From Barthelona sp. PCE (lineage: Eukaryota): a stretch of DNA of 64,000 nt. The stretch spans positions 930,001 to 994,000 of the forward strand of contig JAUFOR010000008.1 in assembly GCA_040285745.1 (NCBI GenBank), given 5' to 3'. How positions within the stretch are numbered: the stretch's first letter is position 1; every line of letters begins with the position of its first letter. The position numbers and the translations under genes are program-made. This document shows, piece by piece, positions 53,509 to 63,859 of this stretch. The notes below the pieces were generated by a model. That model was not told where the DNA came from, made no database searches, and worked only from the letters and a program-made list of their open reading frames with translations.

Positions 53509-54825
53509 TTATTGTTCAGTGTATTGCTTCAATCTGAAAGCGTGTACACGGCCTTGCCTATTGCCAATATAGAAGAAACCACTGTTTTCCGAAAAGGCAA
53601 TAGCAGATACTCGTCCAAATGAACTAAACTGAGGAGGAAAGTTTTGATAGGTTAGATTCTCAACCACGTTAGCAAGACGTACAGCATTCTTACTTTCAAG
53701 GCTGCACCATGCCAATATGGCGCCATCATGACTGAATTTAAGCTGTGTAATTGGTTCAACTAAATTAGAGTAGCAGTGAAGAGGTTCAGGTCTGCGAGAT
53801 TTCATAACAGAGTCTCTTGTGTAAAGATTGACACAACCGCTGTCACTTCCGATTGCAATATGATGTTCTGTAATTGCAAATTGTGTTGTTGGACTTCCAC
53901 CATGATCGAAAAATGTATGAATTGGTCGTAATGTTTCCATATCAAAAACATGAATACGCCCACTCTTGTTAGCTGCATATATCATGTTTTCATTAAATAA
54001 AAGTGACGTTATATCATCGTTTGTTGAAAAAGAAGCAATCTTGTTCAGTGATGCGGTTTGAAATACGCCCACATCACCGTTCTTTCCAGCTAATGCAAAG
54101 ATATTTCCATCCTTGTTGGGTGCAACGATGCTGTAGTCGGTGACGAAGAAATGTTTCACAGAACGACGTTCACATGTCGTGCTACTAATTCTTTGACGCA
54201 GGAAAAATTTCCTCTTTCCAAAGACATAAAAGTGATCTCTAAATGTAAAGAACGTCTTGATAGGATAGTTCTTGAAAGCAAGGTCACGTACTAAACGTGA
54301 TTTAACGTAATCGGGTTGGAAAATTCGGAGATGTGAATCGGCGCTACTAACCACCAATAAATCATCTGTTGCTTCAAGCTTGGTTACCTCCATGACACAT
54401 TTGTTGCGTTGAGTCACTTCATTAAGACGTTCAAATGAAAGAATATCCAGACCGACATCTTCGATATCCAAAACTTCTTGTAATACTGCCTTTTCCTCTT
54501 CTCTTTCTTCAATTTCGCTTTTGCGTACAGCCCAACGCACAGAATCGGTTTTGAGAATTTTAGATTGAACGCGTTCAGTGTAAGATTGTCCCTTAATTGT
54601 ATTATCTTCCTCTGTTTCACGTAATTTCTTCAATTGATTGTCAGTGAGGTCTATTTCGACCTGTGTCTCATCGATATCTTCCCACAGCGGCATGTTTTCA
54701 GTTCGTTGAATCTTCCTTGCCGGTTCGAATATTGTTTGGAAGGCATCACCTGCCTCTAAAGCCCCAAATAGAAAGCTCTCGAGCTTTTCTGTATTGACTG
54801 ATGTCTTTTCAGTGCTCTCACTCAT
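53509..54825 (-). CDS. UTP18: U3 snoRNA-associated WD40 protein Utp18
   Basis: PLWED, IAIGSDSGCVNLY, NLVEPITQLKFSHDGAILA, NAVRL...TYQNFP and IGNRQGRVHAFRLKQY. Confidence 0.9.
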   Translation of the reverse strand: MSESTEKTSVNTEKLESFLFGALEAGDAFQTIFEPARKIQRTENMPLWEDIDETQVEIDLTDNQLKKLRETEEDNTIKGQSYTERVQSKILKTDSVRWAVRKSEIEEREEEKAVLQEVLDIEDVGLDILSFERLNEVTQRNKCVMEVTKLEATDDLLVVSSADSHLRIFQPDYVKSRLVRDLAFKNYPIKTFFTFRDHFYVFGKRKFFLRQRISSTTCERRSVKHFFVTDYSIVAPNKDGNIFALAGKNGDVGVFQTASLNKIASFSTNDDITSLLFNENMIYAANKSGRIHVFDMETLRPIHTFFDHGGSPTTQFAITEHHIAIGSDSGCVNLYTRDSVMKSRRPEPLHCYSNLVEPITQLKFSHDGAILAWCSLESKNAVRLANVVENLTYQNFPPQFSSFGRVSAIAFSENSGFFYIGNRQGRVHAFRLKQYTEQ

Positions 54826-55144
54826 TGTAAAGGTAAAATCAAGAAAAGCACATTAAAGTGTTTTAAATAGCTTTACAATTCAAAGAATATGTCCGATACA
54901 CAGTATAATGAAAGACATTCCCATGTAAATGACGTTATTTAAAAGAAACCTTGTTGGATATTTTGAACTCAATTCAATAAAGTACTTATGGCATCAAGCT
55001 GCGGTATACCCTGATATCTATGGTAAAAAATCGGTGCATTGCTTTGTATATACTTCCTTATAGCTTTGAAAACGTGTTTTGCTTTAATTCACCCCATTTC
55101 AATTTATTTTTGGTTCTAAGACCTACTATAAGCATTTATAAGCA

Positions 55145-55526
55145 ATGGAAGATCTGCACAATTCAGAAGAAGTATGACGCACCTTTAGTGAAGCAAAAAT
55201 CTAACATTTATGCTCAGTTTATTTACGAAGACGTGAAGGCTATCATCACAGAATCATGCGAGACAGTCTTGAACGAAGCCACATATTCCACAGAGACAGT
55301 TGAGAAGCACACGTCTAATCTCATCGAACACGTTTTAAAGAGACTTTGCGTATTAAACAGACCATTTAAGTACATTGTATCTGCCATCATCATGCAAAAC
55401 ACAGGTGCTGGACTTCACACAGCTTGTAGTTGTTATTGGGATAATTCTAGTGATGCCCCATGTGTTCAAAGGTATGAGAATGAAGAGATGCGAGCCGTAG
55501 TGACAGTTTTCGGCCTCTTCTGCTAG
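55145..55526 (+). CDS. DYNLT1: Dynein light chain Tctex-1, spliced join(55145..55171,55212..55526) = 113 aa (alternative acceptor 55218 = 111 aa)
   Basis: MEDLHNSEE, then a GTATGA donor, then (AQ)FIYEDV...PFKYIVSAIIMQNTGAGLHTACSCYWD. Confidence 0.92.
55172..55211 (+). other. Tctex1 intron (40 nt, GT...AT; 46 nt if the downstream CAG at 55217 is used)
   Basis: GTATGA...CTAACATTTAT|GCTCAG; has an in-frame TGA if unspliced. Confidence 0.7.
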
Positions 55527-55607
55527 AAATAGTAATTGCAAAGTGTCGAGAAAGATCAGTTTTATTTTTGTAACTTCTTTGCGAGTGTAAAATATATGTA
55601 TTGGAAT

Positions 55608-56262
55608 TTAGCATGAACATCCAACATCGGGATCCTGATGTACGGTATTTAGAAGATCCTCATCATCAGTTAATGTTGTGACAATAGTTTTTCTGGATGC
55701 TATCTCACGAATGATATCATTAAAAACATCTTCAACGTTTTCACCGGTGGCAGCAGAAGTTTCACGATACAGAAAACGACCTTCTTCAGCGAAACTCTTC
55801 AATTCTTCATATGAAACAACGGAAGGATTATCTTCATCTCTGATATCAGTCTTGTTACCAACAACCATGATGACAACGTCGCTACTTGTGGAGTTGCGAC
55901 AGTCAGTTAACCATCCATTAAGAGAATGGAAAGAAGAACGTACCGTAACATCATAACAAAGAACAACTGCAACAGCTGAACGGAAATAAGCTCGAACTAC
56001 GGCTCTGAACCGGTCTTGACCAGCAGTATCCCAAATTTGTACACGATAAACATTATCGTCCACCGTTGTAGTTTTGTTACCGAGATCAACGCCAATTGTG
56101 TGTGAGTTATCTAAATTGAAGTCATCGTAGCAGTACCGCGAAAGGATGGAACTCTAAATGTTATTTGCCCGTAAAAAAACATCGAAATAAAAATTTCGGA
56201 AAGAAACATACCTTTCCAACCCCACTGTCGCCGACAATAAGAAATCTGAGTGACGTGGCCAT
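55608..56262 (-). CDS. Rab-family GTPase, spliced complement(join(55608..56153,56212..56262)), 198 aa
   Basis: Splicing restores GDSGVGK|SS; also TIGVD, WDTAGQDRF, VGNKTD, ETSA and C-terminal CSC prenylation motif. Confidence 0.95.
56154..56211 (-). other. Rab intron (58 nt)
   Basis: GTATGT...ATAACATTTAG, phase 0 within the P-loop. Confidence 0.92.
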
Positions 56263-56465
56263 GTTCCCAGGTTATAAAACAATGTATAAAAAATGAGAGG
56301 GAAAACAAAGAGAAAACATGTCATTTGTCGAATAGACTGTCTTACTGCATTTTAAGCGATCAAAATATGAGAATGGATGATGAGTTAGCATATATATATA
56401 GTCTAACTAGATGTTTCATCCATTTCACACCATTTCACAAATTTTTTGAGTTAACACACATCGAA

Positions 56466-57146
56466 ATGTCATGGCGATCGGAATACAGCCCCACTAGAGA
56501 TGAAATTGACCGACAGAGAGCGCTTATGGGCAGTAGTCGTTCCACAAATTTAAGCAAATTATCACAGTCGGTTATGGGGAAGACATTAACAGGGGAAACA
56601 CGGGAAAGGCCGATCACCCCAAGACGCAAAAGTTCTCTTAACGCATTTATGAATCGTAAACGAACGAATCGCAGTTTACTATCTCCGGGTAAGTCACCTC
56701 GCACTCCCACTGCTCAGGATCGTCCGGAATCACCTTACACACCGCAGACAATTAAAGATTCTCCGTTTTCTCCACATTCAAGACTGAGATCACCAATGAA
56801 AACTAGCACTAGTTTGTACCATAAAAAGAGCTTAAAGAGTCCCTACTCTCCGAAAAGGGCAGTCAAAGATCCAAAAATGTGTATACATCCTGTAGTTAAT
56901 TGTATTTGTTCAAGCAGAACAATTGAAGAGAAAGAGGTATCCTTTTACGAACGGAAAATATTGCGTTGTGCGTACTGCAACGGTATTCTAATGGTATTTG
57001 AATATAAAGATAACAAAGTTATTGTAGAGAGAATTTATGACAAACAATGGGTTGATTTAAACAAGTCTATTCATATAGACAGCTTCACACACATCATAAA
57101 GCCTCACTTTCCCTTGAATCTTGATGGAATTCCAATTATTTCCTGA
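56466..57146 (+). CDS. Hypothetical Ser/Pro/Arg-rich protein with Cys-containing C-terminus
   Basis: ATG at 56466; many SP/TP motifs followed by CIH...CIC...CAYC. Confidence 0.6.
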   Translation: MSWRSEYSPTRDEIDRQRALMGSSRSTNLSKLSQSVMGKTLTGETRERPITPRRKSSLNAFMNRKRTNRSLLSPGKSPRTPTAQDRPESPYTPQTIKDSPFSPHSRLRSPMKTSTSLYHKKSLKSPYSPKRAVKDPKMCIHPVVNCICSSRTIEEKEVSFYERKILRCAYCNGILMVFEYKDNKVIVERIYDKQWVDLNKSIHIDSFTHIIKPHFPLNLDGIPIIS

Positions 57147-57301
57147 TTTTTAACATTTTTGATGTAAACATCATTTAGCATTATTTAAATTTATTCCTCT
57201 GGTGCAATTCAGTTTTATATACTCTGTATATAAATAAATCACTATTCAAAATTACTGAACCAATGTTAACTGTTTTCTTTCCCCTATCAACCAAATAATG
57301 G

Positions 57302-60300
57302 ATGCCCATAAAGCTAAAAGCTTCATATAAGAACAACAATAACATCTGGGGCCAAACTTCAGAGGTGCTGCGTATGTGCTTACCACTAACAGAAGTAAGT
57401 ACAATTATTAAGCCCAATCCATCTGTAGCAATCAACTTAGAACAAGAGTCCATTGATTTTGACTTTGTTGATATTAATCATTCATCGATATGTGGTGTAG
57501 AAAATCCATTTAAATATCAACGAAGTCCTATTTTACATTTTTTCTCTGGTTATTATCCTTCCAGCAGCTCATCTGATGTGCCTAAGGTGAATTTACTCTA
57601 TCGGGAGATCAATATGTTTTTTGATATGCTTAGTGAAACAACAGGTATCCCTAAAGCAAACTTGCCTATAGTTGTATTCATATTCACCAGTTACAACCAG
57701 TTTAGCACCCGTAAGTTCCGAAGATTTATTAATAAGGTTCGAGAAGATATATCACCTAATGTATTTGAATTCTTTTTTGAGCATGCTCTTGCTGAACATA
57801 ATGATCTACGTAAAGATCTTATCCAAGTCATCAGGAGAAAGCTAAATACTATTGTTGTCAAAGCTATATTTGTGCGAAATGTCTCTTTGTTGAGTTTCTC
57901 TGATTTTTTGCAGCATTCTTATTTAGTTAATAATACAGATGTAGAAAATGAGTTAAATATGCAGCTTTTCAATGTATTTAATTATTATTTTATTACAAAA
58001 CTTAGTTATATTCAAGAGTTGGAGAAATTCAACCAGAATGATCAGATATTGGCTTTGAAATCAAAGAATATTAATCAAATGATCACGCTTACATATGATT
58101 TTCTAAAAAATCATTCATTTTTCAAGCTTTTGGTGTTTTTTAAGTTTCCATTTGAGGAAACTTTCTCTTTTAATAACAATAACGTTGGAGGCACATTAAA
58201 AACGATAGAACGTAAGCAAGGTCTTTACTTATGTGTAGAAACAGCCTTAGAGAACCTGCAAAAGAACTTTGAGACCCAATTTCAGACAACAGCAAACGTT
58301 AAAGTTTTTAATTTATTGGAACCGTTTTCACCAGCAAATCTAAAAGAAAAACAACCAATTTTGGTTGACTCACAGGCGGAGTGTTGTCAGTTTTTAAGTG
58401 TTTTAGAAATCAGATACCTTCTTTTTATGATGAATTTTCAACTTTTAATTGAGCAGAATAGATTTATAGATGCAACTAAGGAAGCAGAAGAGTTCCTCAA
58501 GGTTGTCAGCAGTGACATGAAGCTTTGGATCGGTCTGTTTAATGGCAAACCTGAATTTGATTTAATTGAGTTTGTTAATTTAACTGAAAGCTTCATGTTC
58601 AGTTTCTGTATTAATATATATGAGATTCTCAATGAAAAAACAGCCGCATTCTTTGATTACATATCAAATGCTTATTCTAAACGCCGTACTGATTCAAAAA
58701 AGGAGATTAGTGAGAAAAAGAGAAAACGTGTTCAAGAACATCGTAATTTCTTCAATTCTTTAGGTTCGCTGTTGCTGTCAGCACGCTCCTCTCTTTGTCG
58801 ATTGGAGGAAGTGTTTGCACGCGCGGCAAAAAGTGAGGGTCAAAGATTGTCACCTCGTAGTCGTCGCTTTTCACTCAGTTTACAGCAGGACACACCTTTG
58901 AAATTGCTTCAGCAGGATAAACCCGAGAGATCCAATACACCACTTCCGATGAAAGCTGAAAGACCAATGCGAGTGTTACAAGGTCAGCACTTTGATTCAG
59001 AGCTAATGGTTTTCCATCCATATATTGAGAGCAATGGTGAGAAACTGAACTGGTTCGATCATGTTCACAAGGATACTTTCGATCAGCTATGGCGTTGGAT
59101 CACAGAGGAGGCCAGATCTCGGTTTTCTTTAAACAGAAGAAGGTTTTGTCTTCGCCTTGACTCTGAAATTGCAGATTTTGATGCTGAACGTGGTGACTTT
59201 AAGCAAGCATGTGCCAAGTACAGAACTCTGATATCGAGTGACACTCTTACACACTTTCCCATTCTGCAGTCTGTATTTCTCCGTCAATACATTGAATTGG
59301 TAAGACAAAACAATCTTGTTGATGCAAAACAGCTCTCATTTACTGATGATGATGCGGAAATGGATATTGAGAAAGATTATTTTCTTGCCGTCAACCCCAA
59401 ATATTTTGCTGAAGGTCTCAGTCTTGTAGACTGGATTCGAAAGATGAAGAATAACGGTTGTCTGACGTGTGATTCAGTATCAAGGTTCAATTCTTTCCAA
59501 ACGCAGTTTTTCAGAGAAATAATCAAACGTACCGAGCATGTAAGTGATTTAGTTCCTATTGAAAAAGAGCTCAGTAACATGTTCTCCGTTGAGCTTTGCC
59601 TCAAATCCAAAGATCGTGTTTACGTTGGTGGATGTGCTACTCTCGTTATCATGTTGAGTTCACACTGGGACTTTGATGACTACGATGTTGAAGTGGAAGG
59701 TGAGCAAAATATAGTATTCGATGTATTGTCGACGAAAATTTCTTGCCCCTACTCAGCAGACGTGACAGTCAAGATGGAACTGCCTCTCAATAATGGCGGT
59801 ACCTACAACATTACAGAAATCGGCCTCAGTATGTTTGGTTTCTCTTTTGTTGTTCCCGTGCAGCCAATTACATTCCCCGTACACAGTGTTGACCCGGGTG
59901 AGTTGGTTGAGTGCGAGTGTGATATCCCAATCATTGGTGTTCCTTGTCTTATCGCTTTTAGCATAAAGGATAGAACAGCACCCATTTGTGAAGTTCCAGT
60001 TAGTTTTATTGGTTTTGAGGAAAAAGATACGGTCATCCCATTTGAGGACCAAAAACTTCTCCTTACACCATTACAGACTGAGTGTTCCATTATGTTTGGA
60101 TCTAAGAAGATTGAACTTAATTGTGCGGATATTATATGTGATACGCTAGTCCATTTTGAGTGTCCTTTGTTCTTTGTATCTTGTGACATCTCATGTAGTC
60201 GACCATGCAGACTTTCTTCGATTGAGTTGGTCTTAGAAAACGACCAGAATGAGTCATATGTACCTTTCAGCAAAGTTGATGATATTCACAATATCAGATC

Positions 60301-60769
60301 ACTTTTCTTTGAGATTCCAGCAAAGGATTTTTCTTTCTCCAGTGGCGAGGTCCGGATGTCTGTTGTGTTTGAGGGAGTTGAACCCCACCCATATGTTGTT
60401 AGTATGGAACGCATCATTCCTGTTGTGTTTCCCACTGAGAATCAGTGCATGCATAGTTTGATCTTTGAAAGCTGTGCTTCATTGGAGATCAACCAGTTTT
60501 TGAGCGCAAAGTTCATTGCCCCATACGACGGTGTGCTAAAGATGGAAACAACTGATGAGTGGTTTCCTCTTGGCAAGAACATTCATGTGCTTTCAAAAGG
60601 TGATAGTTTATCCTTATTCTTTGCACCTTTAAAACTACAAATGTTACAGTTTCCTGATGTTTATTTCAATGAAGTTTTGCAAACAACTCCTGATATGATC
60701 TGTGTCACCGTACCTCGTTTGCAAGTAATAGAAGCGAAAAAAGAAGCTATGTCGTCACATGACACATAG
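57302..60769 (+). CDS. TRAPPC10: TRAPPC10/Trs130-like TRAPP II subunit
   Basis: N-terminal W......LPL..., PILHFF, LEIRYLLF..., A...F..NRRRF..RL..EIAD, and C-terminal W..LGK...FAPLK..ML.FP.V Ig-like region. Confidence 0.7.
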   Translation: MPIKLKASYKNNNNIWGQTSEVLRMCLPLTEVSTIIKPNPSVAINLEQESIDFDFVDINHSSICGVENPFKYQRSPILHFFSGYYPSSSSSDVPKVNLLYREINMFFDMLSETTGIPKANLPIVVFIFTSYNQFSTRKFRRFINKVREDISPNVFEFFFEHALAEHNDLRKDLIQVIRRKLNTIVVKAIFVRNVSLLSFSDFLQHSYLVNNTDVENELNMQLFNVFNYYFITKLSYIQELEKFNQNDQILALKSKNINQMITLTYDFLKNHSFFKLLVFFKFPFEETFSFNNNNVGGTLKTIERKQGLYLCVETALENLQKNFETQFQTTANVKVFNLLEPFSPANLKEKQPILVDSQAECCQFLSVLEIRYLLFMMNFQLLIEQNRFIDATKEAEEFLKVVSSDMKLWIGLFNGKPEFDLIEFVNLTESFMFSFCINIYEILNEKTAAFFDYISNAYSKRRTDSKKEISEKKRKRVQEHRNFFNSLGSLLLSARSSLCRLEEVFARAAKSEGQRLSPRSRRFSLSLQQDTPLKLLQQDKPERSNTPLPMKAERPMRVLQGQHFDSELMVFHPYIESNGEKLNWFDHVHKDTFDQLWRWITEEARSRFSLNRRRFCLRLDSEIADFDAERGDFKQACAKYRTLISSDTLTHFPILQSVFLRQYIELVRQNNLVDAKQLSFTDDDAEMDIEKDYFLAVNPKYFAEGLSLVDWIRKMKNNGCLTCDSVSRFNSFQTQFFREIIKRTEHVSDLVPIEKELSNMFSVELCLKSKDRVYVGGCATLVIMLSSHWDFDDYDVEVEGEQNIVFDVLSTKISCPYSADVTVKMELPLNNGGTYNITEIGLSMFGFSFVVPVQPITFPVHSVDPGELVECECDIPIIGVPCLIAFSIKDRTAPICEVPVSFIGFEEKDTVIPFEDQKLLLTPLQTECSIMFGSKKIELNCADIICDTLVHFECPLFFVSCDISCSRPCRLSSIELVLENDQNESYVPFSKVDDIHNIRSLFFEIPAKDFSFSSGEVRMSVVFEGVEPHPYVVSMERIIPVVFPTENQCMHSLIFESCASLEINQFLSAKFIAPYDGVLKMETTDEWFPLGKNIHVLSKGDSLSLFFAPLKLQMLQFPDVYFNEVLQTTPDMICVTVPRLQVIEAKKEAMSSHDT

Positions 60770-60790
60770 TACACAACAAAATAAAAATAA

Positions 60791-62611
60791 TTAGTCAATT
60801 AGCGCACGAACATCTTGATTGAGACTGGATCGCATCATATCCTTTGGCGACATACCACTTTTAGATGGAATATTCCGAAGCTCTGGAAAACGATCAAGCC
60901 AAAATCGACAAAGCGCAACATTTCCGTGATAGATTGCGCGATGCAGGGCATTAAGACCAATGGCGTTCACATCTGATGGTCGGAGACCAATCTGTGTGAG
61001 AGTGTTTGCCACTTTAACAACATTAGGGTTTGTAACCATGGCCAACTTATGTAAAATTGTAGAATTATCATCAGTTCTAGCGTCCAAGATAAAGTCAATG
61101 TCTCTTTTCTCAATGGCCATTTCAAGCATGTCCAATTTTCCTTTCTTTAATTGGTTGAACAGAGCTCGTTTTGTGTATTGTGGACGTTGAATTTGGGTTG
61201 GTGATCCTGCTTCATCTTTTGATGTCACAGCAATATCGAGGTCAAGCTCCAACGTGGAGGGAACCGGATGCGGTGATTCGGGGATTGGAACCTTCAATTT
61301 TGCTAATAACCTTCTGATGGGGTTGACGATACAAAAGGCTGGTGGTCTGAGAAGCGGATCGGCGTTTCCATACTTGGCAATGCTTGTACATACATTATGC
61401 CACTCATTTGCACACTGTGGCATTGGTGGCACAGTTGCAATGGAAAGTTGTGTGTGAACCTTATCTTGTGCATTTTTTCCTGGATGCTCACCTGCTATAA
61501 TAGCAGCCATTAATAATCCTAGACAATACACGTCGATGGCAAAGGGGTCAACCTCAAGTTCTTCATTTGTGGGCATGAGTTCAGGAATATTGAAAGGTAA
61601 CCATCTGAAATGTTCTTTATGAACCATTAATTCTCTGGTAGCACATCTAAAATCACCAATTTTAATCTCCTTTCTATTAGAATCATAACGAATGAATGAA
61701 GTGAAGAAATTACAGTGGGCGTATCCGTGACTATGAATAGAACTCAAACCCATTGCTAACTGTGCACATATTTCAATTCGTTCAATAAGAGATGTTTTTG
61801 TTGAAAAAAATTCTCCAATATCCTTGGTGATGTAGTTAGTTAACAAACCTACTTTATGCGAAACTCCTTCACGATCATCCAATAATATGAATTTAGCGCG
61901 TAAAATATAACGATGACGCATAGAAAATTGTATGTTAATTTCTCTTTTCAGAGATTTATAATCCTCTTTGGTAGCTTCATGATTTAATACATCAAAAGAA
62001 AAATAGCGTTTTCCAGTTATTTTATGTATAAACTCAAACGCATTACTATACCGAACAATCTTTTGACGATTAAAGTTACTTATGTGTTTTGTGTTATGCA
62101 GTGCATCGACTGCACATGATAATGCTAAGTTACTTGGCATATCATCTATTATATCAGTGGTAACCCGGTTATGTGGGATGAAGTGATAGCATTTAAGGGC
62201 AGAAAGCCCAGTCCTGCAGATAGGACACAGTTTGCTACCGGCCTCCACGCACGAGCGGATGCATCGTCGACAAAACGAATGACCACATTCAAAAAAAATG
62301 GGATCGACAAAACGACTGTGACAGATTGGACATTTCACCTGTTCCAATGTCTCTTCATATGTGATTGATGATGTGCGTTCTTCTTTTGGCAACTTAATTG
62401 CAAAGACACGCCGTTCATCTTTGGGAGAACTCAAGGAAAAGGGTGATATATCCAAACGATCTATGTGGTTTTCTACTTCTGTTGGTGCGTCAACACTACG
62501 AATAAGTCCTCCCGAAAATGATGATTCTGAAACAGAATCCAATCCGCCACTGCTTAGGAAAGGATCTGCGCTCAGTCCAGCACTAAGGAATGGATCTGGG
62601 CTTGGGAACAT
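60791..62611 (-). CDS. RING finger + pseudokinase + ankyrin-repeat protein
   Basis: CPIC...CGHSFCRRC...CPICR; kinase-like region LKREINI...GLSSIHSHGYAHCN...IKIGDF...DVYCLG...RP; ankyrin TILHKLA and NALHRAIYHGN. Confidence 0.85.
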   Translation of the reverse strand: MFPSPDPFLSAGLSADPFLSSGGLDSVSESSFSGGLIRSVDAPTEVENHIDRLDISPFSLSSPKDERRVFAIKLPKEERTSSITYEETLEQVKCPICHSRFVDPIFFECGHSFCRRCIRSCVEAGSKLCPICRTGLSALKCYHFIPHNRVTTDIIDDMPSNLALSCAVDALHNTKHISNFNRQKIVRYSNAFEFIHKITGKRYFSFDVLNHEATKEDYKSLKREINIQFSMRHRYILRAKFILLDDREGVSHKVGLLTNYITKDIGEFFSTKTSLIERIEICAQLAMGLSSIHSHGYAHCNFFTSFIRYDSNRKEIKIGDFRCATRELMVHKEHFRWLPFNIPELMPTNEELEVDPFAIDVYCLGLLMAAIIAGEHPGKNAQDKVHTQLSIATVPPMPQCANEWHNVCTSIAKYGNADPLLRPPAFCIVNPIRRLLAKLKVPIPESPHPVPSTLELDLDIAVTSKDEAGSPTQIQRPQYTKRALFNQLKKGKLDMLEMAIEKRDIDFILDARTDDNSTILHKLAMVTNPNVVKVANTLTQIGLRPSDVNAIGLNALHRAIYHGNVALCRFWLDRFPELRNIPSKSGMSPKDMMRSSLNQDVRALID

Positions 62612-62941
62612 GGACTTTAGTTAAAAAAACTACTGTGTTACACAGTTATCCACTAAGAAAAGGTGAAAATAAAGAAAACAGTATGTTTGGTCAAAGCTCG
62701 ATCTTACATCAGACATTTAAGCGAATTTACTGTACGTTTAGTTATGTGAATATGCTTTATGAATGTTTCCACAATCTTTTCCTTTTTTTGTTTTACAAGC
62801 TTATCTATCAGTTAACAACAGTGTATAAACGGGTTATATGTGCTGTTAAGCAAATTATTTTTTGTTCTGAAGCTCAAAATAGGTTAACCGGTTCTCAAAA
62901 AATTTGCAGGGTATTGTAAAACCTCTAAATTATGAAATGAT

Positions 62942-63859
62942 TTACTCCATGTGCTCGAACAATCCTGCGATGTCCGTTCCAGTAAGATAATACTTAACAG
63001 GTTTGGGTCCCTTAGAAGTAGTTCTAATGCATCTCATTAAAATCTTTTTACCCTTGTGCATGGCCTTGATAGCCTTTAGAGAAGAGTTAATCAAAACTTT
63101 CTTCGATTGCTCATCACGAATCACCATACGAGTGCTACCTTCAGCATCACGTAGGAGTCTGGCAGGGCCTTCACCACGCTCAATCCACTCCTTGATGTGT
63201 TGGCCATCAGCATCGATCTCATCCAAAAATTCAAAACACTGAACAACAGTTTCGAATACCTTCTCTTCTTCTTCTTCACCGCTCTTTAACTCAACCTTAG
63301 CAAGGTTAACAACTTTCTTTGCCTTAGCCTTGGTTTCCTTCTTCTCAGAAGATTTCTTGAATGAGAATTTGTTCTTCTTGTTCTTCAAGAAGGGGTTGGA
63401 AAATGACTTGCCAGATTTCTCTTCCGACTTCTCCTCACCCTCTTCATCCTTGGGAGTTTCAGTCTTTGATCCTGCCTTCTTGAAAGGATTGCTAAAACTC
63501 TTGTTAAAGCTCTTCTTCATTGTAAAACCACCCTTCTTCAAGGTCGTTTTCTTAGTTTCAACCTTCTCAACAGGCTTGGCCTCCTCCTTAGGCTCTTCCT
63601 TCTGAACCTCTTCAACAACGGGTTCAACAACCTCAACAATGGCGGGTTCTTCAACCACTGGCTCGGCCTTTGAGAACTTGTTCTTCGCCTTAGAGAAGTC
63701 AAACTTCTTTTGGCTGATCTTCATTCCACCGTATTTGCTGAAATTGTTGCTCTGTGTCTTTTCTTTAGGGTTGTGAGCAGATTTGAAACCCTTGTTTGGT
63801 ATGCCCTTGTTCTCGTCGAGGGCAGGTACCTCTGACGCTGTGCGCTTGTGCTTATCCAT
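62942..63859 (-). CDS. RanBP1-domain protein with Phe-rich repeats (Nup50/Nup2/RanBP3-like)
   Basis: KSGEEEEEKVF...KEWIERGEG..RLL......RMVIRD....KVLIN Ran-binding domain; SFSNPF twice; N-terminal KR.A motif. Confidence 0.85.
   Translation of the reverse strand: MDKHKRTASEVPALDENKGIPNKGFKSAHNPKEKTQSNNFSKYGGMKISQKKFDFSKAKNKFSKAEPVVEEPAIVEVVEPVVEEVQKEEPKEEAKPVEKVETKKTTLKKGGFTMKKSFNKSFSNPFKKAGSKTETPKDEEGEEKSEEKSGKSFSNPFLKNKKNKFSFKKSSEKKETKAKAKKVVNLAKVELKSGEEEEEKVFETVVQCFEFLDEIDADGQHIKEWIERGEGPARLLRDAEGSTRMVIRDEQSKKVLINSSLKAIKAMHKGKKILMRCIRTTSKGPKPVKYYLTGTDIAGLFEHME

Noticed and set aside
33417-60769. Apparent membrane-trafficking cluster (HPS1-like, Rab-GDI, Rab, TRAPPC10-like)
   Set aside because: Interspersed with unrelated genes on both strands; such genes are common enough to co-occur by chance.
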